Source of the DNA: an uncultured bacterium
GTDB lineage: Bacteria; Zixibacteria; MSB-5A5; UBA10806
Assembly (NCBI GenBank): GCA_965541585.1
Contig: CBEUCH010000001.1
Coordinates: 160,001 to 224,000, forward strand
Direction of reading: 5' to 3'
Length of the DNA stretch: 64,000 nt
Below, piece after piece: positions 50,079-58,531 of this stretch. Both the position numbers and the translations under genes were made by a program. Position 1 is the stretch's first letter; every line of letters begins with the position of its first letter. The notes beneath the pieces are model-generated. The model ran no database searches and was not told the origin of the DNA. It was given only the letters and a program-made list of their open reading frames with translations.

Positions 50079-52367
50079 TTTCAAAAGGGATCGGGTTAAT
50101 TCTAATTTCTGTTGCGCCTCAGGGAAATCGGGTCGTATTTCAAGAGCCATCCCGAAAGCTTCCAGAGCCTCCTCGAATAGTCCCACTTTGCCGAGAGTCA
50201 ATCCCAGATTATAAAACGCCAGGGCGTTGTCCGGATCAAGATCGATTGATCTCTTAAAAGCAACCAGAGCCTGCGGATATAACCTGTTCAGATCGTATGC
50301 CAGCGCCAGATTGATCCATCCATAGGGATAGTCGGGAAGAAACTCGGTCGTTTTTCTGAAGAACGTAAGCGCCGAATCCATCTGCTCCCGTTTCACTGCC
50401 AGCAATCCCAATTCGTAATGTGCCTGCCCCAACATTCTCTCAGGCCTGTATCCGTGCGGGGTCTGCGAGCTGTATATATTGGAGAGATCGTATTTTTCGA
50501 CGATGCTGTGGGGAGCACCCTCGATAATCAAACGGTACTCGCTTTCAGCCGAGTCCAGATGACCTCGTTCAGCCATCATCTTCCCCATGAAATAATGGCC
50601 GGGAGGATAATCCGGGAAGATTGTGGCCAGGTTATCGGCAACCCTGTGAGCCCCGGCGTTATCGCCGAGCATTCGCAATGCGAGGATCTCGTTGACATGC
50701 GCTTCCAGATACTGGGGAGATTCCGCTATAGCCATTCGAGCATGATCCAGTGCGTTTTCGGTATCGCCCTGCAATCTATCCAGCACCGAGAGGTTGTTAT
50801 GAGCCAATGCTGAGGATCTGCATTTTTCGATTTCCAGAATAAACTCGCGGCGTGCGTTTTCGAGATCTTGTCTGCCAAAGTATATAATGCCGCGATTCAG
50901 ATGCGCCGATGGTACACAGGGCGCAAGCTGGATGGCTTTTTCGTATTCATCCAATGCCCTATCGGGCATCCCTTTTTTGAGATATACGTTGCCGAGCGAA
51001 AAGTGTGACATGGCAAAGCTACTATGTGAAATGCCGAATAGATCGATGTTGGTCAACGGGAATAGAATAAGAAGAGCCAGGCAGATAACAATCAAGGCCC
51101 TAAAATTTTTCAGTTTAATTTTCTCGGCGATTTCGAATAAGGCGGAGGTGGCCAGAATTATCAAAAACGGCAATACCGGCAAGCGGAATCTGCTGGTGAC
51201 GAAAAAGGCGACCACTGTAAACATGTAGGCAATTATGAAGTATCCTATAATATGGTATATCCTCTCCCTGCGGAATATGCCTACAAGTCCGATGATCGAG
51301 AGCGGAGAGATGATAAAAAACAGCGGCGGAAGAATTTTGGTGACAGAGGAAAACTGCCTGAAAAAATAGAGGTTCTGGTTATTCGAAATCTCATAGGAGT
51401 TCCAGAAATAGCTTAATTTCTTCAAGATCAGCCCCAGCCATTTCCCCGGATTCTCATCGATAAATCGCAGAGCTCGCCGGTAGTAGAACGACGATACCTC
51501 CGACGGTTTCATATTCTGACCCAATCTGGCGGTTTCTCGTTTGGCGAGATACTCACAGTCGGCATATTGCCAGGTGGCTCCGAATTCAGGCATTACGGCG
51601 GTGGCCCCGGTGGCATGTTCGTTGTTGCCTATGTAAAAATTGATTCCTCCCTGCGAGGCTATCAACACTATATCGTGTCCCACGACGATGTTCCGGATAG
51701 TCACCGGCAGAATGAAAATCAAACATCCCAGAGTCAACCACGCAAACCTAATTAAGATCCACCTATACTTGTTGCCGAAAACGGCAAACATCCAGATCAG
51801 AATTACGAGCCAGATGCCCAGATAGTTGGGGCGTGTAATCGCCGCCAACCCCAGAGGGATTCCGGCAATAAAAAACCGTTTGATAGAGGTTTTTTCCGCG
51901 GCCCTCATCAACGACCAGATCAAAAGCAGGCTGAATAATACCAGCAGCGAATCCAGAAGCAGTTCGTCCTCGAAATAAATGAAAACCCAGTAAAATGCTG
52001 AGACGAGCCCCGATACAATGGCAACCCTCCGCCCAAAATATTTATAGGCGAACAGGAAAATCAAAGAACATGAGACAGAACCTATGGCATGCTGGATAAT
52101 CTTCGCTATGGCAAGGGACGGCCCGAAGATTGCATATATAAGACCGAGGAAATAAGCATAGAAGGGCGCGCGGAAAAAGGGGCCGACGCCGAGTATATCT
52201 CCGGATGCAATCTGCCTGGCCCACAGGTCATGATATAGCGGGTCTATGGTAGGCGAATCCCATCCCGGAAAGCCCGCCTTAACCTGAAGAAAATAGATGA
52301 TTCTCAGTGCCAGCGCTATGGCGAATACGATCAGTGCCCAGAGATATCGGGACTCTATTTTTTTCAT
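50061..52367 (-). CDS. GT-C (PMT/ArnT-like) membrane glycosyltransferase with C-terminal TPR repeats
   Basis: D..Y...A, PFYAYFLG, TRPN, GGINFYIGNN, RFRLP; TPR motifs. Confidence 0.85.
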   Translation of the reverse strand: MKKIESRYLWALIVFAIALALRIIYFLQVKAGFPGWDSPTIDPLYHDLWARQIASGDILGVGPFFRAPFYAYFLGLIYAIFGPSLAIAKIIQHAIGSVSCSLIFLFAYKYFGRRVAIVSGLVSAFYWVFIYFEDELLLDSLLVLFSLLLIWSLMRAAEKTSIKRFFIAGIPLGLAAITRPNYLGIWLVILIWMFAVFGNKYRWILIRFAWLTLGCLIFILPVTIRNIVVGHDIVLIASQGGINFYIGNNEHATGATAVMPEFGATWQYADCEYLAKRETARLGQNMKPSEVSSFYYRRALRFIDENPGKWLGLILKKLSYFWNSYEISNNQNLYFFRQFSSVTKILPPLFFIISPLSIIGLVGIFRRERIYHIIGYFIIAYMFTVVAFFVTSRFRLPVLPFLIILATSALFEIAEKIKLKNFRALIVICLALLILFPLTNIDLFGISHSSFAMSHFSLGNVYLKKGMPDRALDEYEKAIQLAPCVPSAHLNRGIIYFGRQDLENARREFILEIEKCRSSALAHNNLSVLDRLQGDTENALDHARMAIAESPQYLEAHVNEILALRMLGDNAGAHRVADNLATIFPDYPPGHYFMGKMMAERGHLDSAESEYRLIIEGAPHSIVEKYDLSNIYSSQTPHGYRPERMLGQAHYELGLLAVKREQMDSALTFFRKTTEFLPDYPYGWINLALAYDLNRLYPQALVAFKRSIDLDPDNALAFYNLGLTLGKVGLFEEALEAFGMALEIRPDFPEAQQKLELTRSLLKSSPEQ

Positions 52368-52602
52368 CTTGAGTGATGATATAATTATTGTTTTCAAGCG
52401 GCAAGGTCTTTATGCCTGATCCTTTACGGGCTCTGAAATTAGTTGCAGATATCCGGCATGAAGCTTCATCGAGTATCCCGGATTTAAAGGGAATCCGGCC
52501 TTTGAAAAATTGTCAGGGATACGAATGTGCTTATTTTCCAGGCGCTTAACTGCATATGGTGGAACAGAACAGGCCATGGAGCAGGTTAGATCAGTGGAAG
52601 GC

Positions 52603-52618
52603 AGGCATGGTTTTTGTC
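52603..52618 (+). promoter_or_regulatory. Sigma54-like promoter (non-canonical -12)
   Basis: AGGCATGGTTTTTGTC, GG-N10-GT. Confidence 0.4.
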
Positions 52619-52702
52619 TTGATTTTTGCGTGTCGTTTGCTTTATTATGTAGGGAAGCGCGAAATTTGGAGTTCTTCAAATATTGAGATTAGGAGTAATC
52701 TT

Positions 52703-55700
52703 ATGAAAACCTGGATCCTACTATCAACTATTGGCCTGGCTCTGGTTGCCCTCTTTACACCCGGTCTGGCGGCGACACTCTCGCCTGCAAGCGCCGTTCA
52801 TTTTGAGGATGGAGTAGTTTATATGCCCAATGTAGTCATAGTGGCATTCGCTCCTGAAAATGTTCCTCTTGCCCCGGCCCTGCAGAATGGAATAGCCATG
52901 ACCGGGATTCATGAGGTCGATGAATTAAATCTTCATTTTGAAGCGATCGAGATGAGGCAATTATTCCCCCGAGCCGAGAGACATGGTGAGATTGAGATGG
53001 CCGGATATTATTCGCTGAGGTTCGGGCATGGATTCGATCTTATGACCCTCCTGGAAGCTTATGATAAACTCGATGCTGTCGAGCATGTTGAGCCGGACGG
53101 GATTCATCCGATTCTTTATGATCCCAATGATCCCATGCTTGGCCAGCAATGGGCAATTGCGAAAATCGAGGCCAGCGGCGCCTGGGACATTACTCAAGGG
53201 GATGCGAGTATCGTTCTGGGTATCCCGGATACCGGAGTGGATTGGGATCACCCTGACCTGGAGGCGGATGTCTGGTTAAACGAGGCAGAGATCAACGGAG
53301 TAGACAGAGAGGATGACGACGGTAACGGCTATATTGACGATTATCGCGGCTGGGATTGGGTAACCGGCGGATACCTCTGTGATATACCGGGGGGCGAGGA
53401 TTGCAGCACCCCTGATAATGACCCCATGGATTTTGCGGGACATGGGACTCATGTGAGCGGAATAACATCGGCCGTTACAGACAACGGTGTTGGTATTGCC
53501 GGGTTAGGATTCAATTGCAAGGTTATGGCCCTGAGGATGGGATGGCAGGCTACAAACGGCGGCGGCTACGTTGGTATGAGCTTTGCCGCCTCCGCCTTCT
53601 ATTATGCAACAGATAACGGCGCCAGAGGTTTGAATTGCTCCTGGGGGTCCTCGAACTCCGGCGGCCTGGGTGCCGCCACCGATTATGCCACTCGCAACGA
53701 CCTGATAGTCATAACCTCCGCCGGAAACAGTAATAACCAATCGCCCTCATATCTTAGCAGCAGAAGTGACGTTATTTCAGTGGCCGCCACGAATTCCGCC
53801 GATCATAAAGCCTCCTTTTCAAGTTATGGCGCCTGGGTGGACATTTCTGCGCCCGGCGTCAGCATCAGATCGACGGTCTTTAATGATTCATATGCCAATT
53901 ACGACGGTACATCCATGGCGTCACCTCATGTCTTAGGCCTGGTGGGATTGATCTGGTCGGCGGAGCCGTCGCTGCCAGCGGATGATGTAATCTCCAGAAT
54001 CTATGATACGGCCGATGATATCGACGATCTCAATCCTGGCTATGAGGGCCTCCTGGGTGCGGGTAGAATTAACGCTTACGGTGCCCTGGCGTCAACGACT
54101 ATGCCGCGTATTCAGACTGCAGAGTTTGCCATAAATATAACCGACGGTGACGGCGATGGTATTTTGAATCCCGGAGAATCTCTCGAAATGGTTGTCACGC
54201 TGGAGAACATCTGGGCTGATGCCACCGGCGTTACCGGTACGCTTCATAGCAATGATGTTTTCAGCGTCTCCGATTCGGTGGCTTCATTCGGCGATATTCC
54301 CAATGGGGGATCCGGTGACAACACCGATGATCCTTACGTGCTGGTATCCAGCGAGGATGCGATGCCGGAAGCGACGACTCTGGTTTTAAACGTTCAGGCC
54401 GACGACGATTACGAAACCGATCTCGATATAGTTATCGCCCTCTCACTCGACCAGGTCGGTTTCCCCCTGGAGATCTCCGGCAACATAGAAGCGTCCGCTC
54501 TGATATTCGATTTCGACATGGATGGTGAAAACGAGTTGATTGTGGGGGCCAATAATGATAGGGTCTTCGCTATCGAGGCTGATGGAAGCAACAGTCCCGG
54601 TTGGCCGCAAGTGGTTTCCGGAGACGTGGTATCCGGTCCGGCGGTGGGTGACCTGGAGGCGAGCGATTCATTCCAGATAGTCGCAGTAACGAAGACGGGA
54701 AGATTCTATGCATGGAACGCGGACGGTTCTCTCCTGCCTAATTTCCCCGTGGTCAGGAGCGGGATATTCTATTCAGGTCCCATGCTCATCGATCTCGACG
54801 GCAACAATGACCTTGAGATAGTGGCGGGTTCCTTCTCCGATAACAACATTTATGTCCTGAATCATGACGGTTCGGATTTTTCCAACTGGCCGGTTACAGG
54901 AGTGAACAAGTGGTATGGTTCGCCTGCTTCAGGCGACCTGGACGGCGACGGTCTTTCGGAGATTATCTATGCCGGTTTCGATTCCTCGGTTCATGCGTTC
55001 AATGCCGACGGCAGCTACGTGGACGGATTCCCGGCACACCTTAACAATGTTATATGGTCTGCGGTTTCAGTTGGGGACGTTGATGGTGATACTGATCTGG
55101 AAATAGCAGCGGCAACGGGTTCCGGAAGCCTTTACCTTATTAATCATGATGGCTCAATCGCAGACGGTTTTCCTGTGGATGTCGGCGGTGTTGTGCGCTC
55201 GGCCCCGTCTATGGCCGATTTAGATGGTGACGGCGCTCTGGAGATAATTTTTGGCGACAATAACCGTATGCTTCATGTTATCGACGCCGACGGATCAGAG
55301 CTTGCCGGATTCCCGGTGGAAGCCGGGGGTTCCATTTCGGCCAGTGCGGTGGTCGGTGACATCACCGGCGACGGTGAGGCGGATATCGTAGCAACTGCAT
55401 CGGACGGCAACATTTACGGCTACGAAGCAAACGGCAATACTATCCGTAATTTCCCCATACCCGGTTCTGCAAACGGACAGATTACCGCCACCGCGGCTCT
55501 GGGAGATCTCGACGGCGATGGTGACATGGAAATTGCCGTTGGCATCAGGGGCACCGGCATGAACCTAATGGTGATAGACTATAAGGAGGACGCCTCAGCG
55601 GCTGATCTACAATGGCCTAACTTCGGCAAAGACGTCTGGAGAAGCAACGACTTCTCCGAAGTTGTAACTGGTGTGGACGAGACCCCGGTGGCTCCCGCGG

Positions 55701-55975
55701 AATTCGAACTATCGAAGAACTACCCCAATCCTTTCAATGCTCGGACCACGATTCGTTTCTCGTTGACGGCACCCGGAGAGGTAACTCTGTCGGTCTTCGA
55801 TCTGCTCGGCCGGAGAATCATTGTGTTGCAGTCGGGCTTCTTGAGTGCGGGTGCACATAGTATAGTATGGGACGGCGTCAACGAATCAGGCAAAGTTGTG
55901 TCATCCGGCATCTATTTCTATCGCCTGGAAAGCCCCGAGGGCTCCAGGACCATGCGGATGTTGTTATTGAAATAA
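52703..55975 (+). CDS. Secreted S8 subtilase with FG-GAP/VCBS repeats and FlgD-Ig/T9SS-type C-terminal domain
   Basis: DTG, HGTHVSG, GTSMASPHV triad; GDLDGDG repeats; NYPNPFN...WDG...SGIYFY; AGGAG ribosome site. Confidence 0.93.
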   Translation: MKTWILLSTIGLALVALFTPGLAATLSPASAVHFEDGVVYMPNVVIVAFAPENVPLAPALQNGIAMTGIHEVDELNLHFEAIEMRQLFPRAERHGEIEMAGYYSLRFGHGFDLMTLLEAYDKLDAVEHVEPDGIHPILYDPNDPMLGQQWAIAKIEASGAWDITQGDASIVLGIPDTGVDWDHPDLEADVWLNEAEINGVDREDDDGNGYIDDYRGWDWVTGGYLCDIPGGEDCSTPDNDPMDFAGHGTHVSGITSAVTDNGVGIAGLGFNCKVMALRMGWQATNGGGYVGMSFAASAFYYATDNGARGLNCSWGSSNSGGLGAATDYATRNDLIVITSAGNSNNQSPSYLSSRSDVISVAATNSADHKASFSSYGAWVDISAPGVSIRSTVFNDSYANYDGTSMASPHVLGLVGLIWSAEPSLPADDVISRIYDTADDIDDLNPGYEGLLGAGRINAYGALASTTMPRIQTAEFAINITDGDGDGILNPGESLEMVVTLENIWADATGVTGTLHSNDVFSVSDSVASFGDIPNGGSGDNTDDPYVLVSSEDAMPEATTLVLNVQADDDYETDLDIVIALSLDQVGFPLEISGNIEASALIFDFDMDGENELIVGANNDRVFAIEADGSNSPGWPQVVSGDVVSGPAVGDLEASDSFQIVAVTKTGRFYAWNADGSLLPNFPVVRSGIFYSGPMLIDLDGNNDLEIVAGSFSDNNIYVLNHDGSDFSNWPVTGVNKWYGSPASGDLDGDGLSEIIYAGFDSSVHAFNADGSYVDGFPAHLNNVIWSAVSVGDVDGDTDLEIAAATGSGSLYLINHDGSIADGFPVDVGGVVRSAPSMADLDGDGALEIIFGDNNRMLHVIDADGSELAGFPVEAGGSISASAVVGDITGDGEADIVATASDGNIYGYEANGNTIRNFPIPGSANGQITATAALGDLDGDGDMEIAVGIRGTGMNLMVIDYKEDASAADLQWPNFGKDVWRSNDFSEVVTGVDETPVAPAEFELSKNYPNPFNARTTIRFSLTAPGEVTLSVFDLLGRRIIVLQSGFLSAGAHSIVWDGVNESGKVVSSGIYFYRLESPEGSRTMRMLLLK

Positions 55976-56002
55976 CTAAGTAGCACAAGATAGCATACCA
56001 TC

Positions 56003-56036
56003 AGAAGCCCCGGGATCTTCCGGGGCTTCTCTTTTA
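56003..56036 (+). terminator. Rho-independent terminator
   Basis: AGAAGCCCCGG/CCGGGGCTTCT plus T-rich tail. Confidence 0.85.
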
Positions 56037-56402
56037 TATTTCAGGCCAACCTTCTTCTACCTGCAAGTAATAGCTCTTCCAAATCGAGCTTGGAGAGTTC
56101 CATGATTGCATCGAAGGAAAGCAGCAGTGCAGCAAACGGGACTCGCCAAATGATTCCGATTCCTTTGACTTTGGGATTTTGGCGATTATGTTGTTTGCAA
56201 TATATGTAGGGAGAGTGTGAATTATATTGCGCATTTCGGCGGGGTGCCATGTTTTCAACCCTCGTGCCCTTCGACGAAGGCATCGCAGTGGAAAGCGATC
56301 GCAGGGCCGAGTCCTATTATGGCTTAAGACAACAGGTTACGGTAGTCGCCCGGGAATTGTTCGGAGGAGATTGTGTCTGCCCGCTCCAGGGAAATGTATA
56401 TA

Positions 56403-56418
56403 AGGCATGACTTTTGCT
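56403..56418 (+). promoter_or_regulatory. Sigma54 -24/-12 promoter
   Basis: AGGCATGACTTTTGCT, GG-N10-GC. Confidence 0.6.
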
Positions 56419-56506
56419 TTGATAGATTATTCGAAACAATATCATGTTTTTTTGAATTGTTGGAAATTGTTAGAAGCGAGAGATTTAGATTAGAAAAGGA
56501 GTAAAG

Positions 56507-58183
56507 ATGCGAAAAATCTTGATACTTATGTCCGCCGCACTTTTTCTTTTTGCCGGCATGGCAGCGGCCGGCGAGAAGGCCAGGATCTCGATTCTCAACG
56601 CCAATTCTGATGGTGCCGTCCAGGCGCCGATGGATGTCACGGAAGACATGATTTCATACGACGGTGCTCCCACGGTATATTTTCCCGGTTATACCCAGGA
56701 CGGTACTATATTCGCGGTCAAATTCACGCCCGCACAGTCCTGCTCGCTGAGTTATGTTACCATAGTCTCATACCCGGCACCGGGAAGTGCCACGATCCAC
56801 GTTTATGACGACAACGGGGGGGAGCCCGGCAATGACCTGATTTCGTCTTTCACGGCTAACCTCTCAGGAGATATATCCCGACAGAGGGTGGATTTGCCTG
56901 AGATAATCGATATCGGCGAAAACGATTTTCATGTCGGGGTTGAGTATTCACAAGCTCCACCCCCATTTGTCACTTTTGACGATGACGGTGGCACCGGCCG
57001 TTCTGTTCTAAAAATCCCGGGGCAGCGTTGGCAGGTCTTTCCTCAAAACGATCTCAATTACAGGGCCTTTGTAATATATTATGGTAATGACGAAGTTCCT
57101 CCCACGATCTTGAGCCAGGAGAGAATTCTCGGTTTTTCCGGTGAAGGCGATCACTCTATCACGGCCACGATTACAGATGATGCCGGTGTTCTTTCGGCAA
57201 CGTTATACTATTCCATGGATGGAAACGACTATTCAAACATCGCCATGGATAACACCTCCGGAGATACCTGGGTTGGCAATATTCCCGCTCAACCGACCGG
57301 CACCACGGTCTATTACTATATTCAGGCGATCGATACCTCGCCCAACCAGAATGAGGCTATGCAGCCTCCCCTCGGACCTGAAGCCCCGTTTGAGATGCTC
57401 ATCGTCGAGGGATTGGAACTGGCATACGATGATGGCTCTACCGAAAGCTGGTATATTGTTAGCGATGAATGGGATGACAATAAATTTGCGGTTAGATTTA
57501 CACCTTCAGATTATCCTGTAATAGTTACGGGCGCCAGAGCCATGGTCAACGATGCGACACCTTTCGATTTCAGCATAAACGGGAATACGGGCGGCAACCC
57601 GGGTGCGGTTCTCGCCGGCCCGTTTGAGAGTTTTCAAAACACGGGCGAATGGGCCGTTACCTTTTTCCCCGAGGATCGATGGCCGGAAGTGACATCGGGT
57701 TCATTCTGGTTGGTTTTCAACTGGCGTGAGAGTACGCCTGATTCGCCGGGCGTGGGGACGGATACTGATGACCCTGATTCCCGCTCCAAATGGTATAATA
57801 GCTTTTCGGGATGGAACTCCTTCGGTGCCGGCGATTTCATCATGCGCGTGATTATATCTACGCCGACAGGGATAACCGAACTGACACCCGACGGAAACCT
57901 GCCGGCGACATTTGAATTGATCGGCAACTATCCTAATCCATTCAATCCGGTCACGGAGATCACTTTCGCCGCTCCCCGAAGCGGGCAGGTCAAGCTGGAG
58001 ATCTTTAACATCATCGGCCGGAAGGTGACTACCCTTCTTGATGAGGCCGTAACAGCAGGCCTGAAGGCGGTTGTATGGGATGGCACCAGCGATAACGGAA
58101 GCACGGTGGCGTCCGGCGTCTACTACTACAGGCTGTCCACGGCGGATGGGATCGACGTAAAGAAGATGACATTTCTAAAATGA
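56507..58183 (+). CDS. Secreted beta-sandwich protein with FlgD-Ig/T9SS-type C-terminal domain
   Basis: Signal peptide; two related domains (ISYDG..FAVKFTP and LAYDDG..FAVRFTP); NYPNPFN. Confidence 0.88.
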   Translation: MRKILILMSAALFLFAGMAAAGEKARISILNANSDGAVQAPMDVTEDMISYDGAPTVYFPGYTQDGTIFAVKFTPAQSCSLSYVTIVSYPAPGSATIHVYDDNGGEPGNDLISSFTANLSGDISRQRVDLPEIIDIGENDFHVGVEYSQAPPPFVTFDDDGGTGRSVLKIPGQRWQVFPQNDLNYRAFVIYYGNDEVPPTILSQERILGFSGEGDHSITATITDDAGVLSATLYYSMDGNDYSNIAMDNTSGDTWVGNIPAQPTGTTVYYYIQAIDTSPNQNEAMQPPLGPEAPFEMLIVEGLELAYDDGSTESWYIVSDEWDDNKFAVRFTPSDYPVIVTGARAMVNDATPFDFSINGNTGGNPGAVLAGPFESFQNTGEWAVTFFPEDRWPEVTSGSFWLVFNWRESTPDSPGVGTDTDDPDSRSKWYNSFSGWNSFGAGDFIMRVIISTPTGITELTPDGNLPATFELIGNYPNPFNPVTEITFAAPRSGQVKLEIFNIIGRKVTTLLDEAVTAGLKAVVWDGTSDNGSTVASGVYYYRLSTADGIDVKKMTFLK

Positions 58184-58212
58184 TATTTTAAATACTCGCT
58201 TTCGAAGCCACC

Positions 58213-58249
58213 GGGGCCTCTTGCCGTGAAGAGAGGCCCCTTTCTTTTT
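58213..58249 (+). terminator. Rho-independent terminator
   Basis: GGGGCCTCT/AGAGGCCCC plus TTTCTTTTT. Confidence 0.85.
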
Positions 58250-58439
58250 GCTGATTCGCCTCAATCACCAACAGCGATGAGGCAGATCAACGTCGTCCAG
58301 AAATAAGATTTAGGACCATTATCATAGCTGACAAGAGAACGATATTCCCTTCAGCAAATGCGCAAGGTTATGCATACGTATTTCGAGAATCCTGAGCCAG
58401 GGTAAATATATCGCCGGCGATTCGAGCTAACCGATTGTG

Positions 58440-58502
58440 AATCAATATATTACAGCGAGAGCAATAAAGACAAACGTCAAGGTGATTTGGCATGGCTTTT
58501 GA
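58440..58502 (+). promoter_or_regulatory. IHF site plus sigma54-like promoter
   Basis: AATCAAtataTTA (full IHF consensus) at 58440-58452; TGGCATGGCTTTTGA at 58488-58502. Confidence 0.55.
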
Positions 58503-58531
58503 CCTTATGTAATGATAATGAAAGGGGTGTT

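Noticed and set aside
56034..56283. Short minus-strand ORFs between secreted-protein genes
   Set aside because: No family motif or clear start; cannot be supported from sequence alone.
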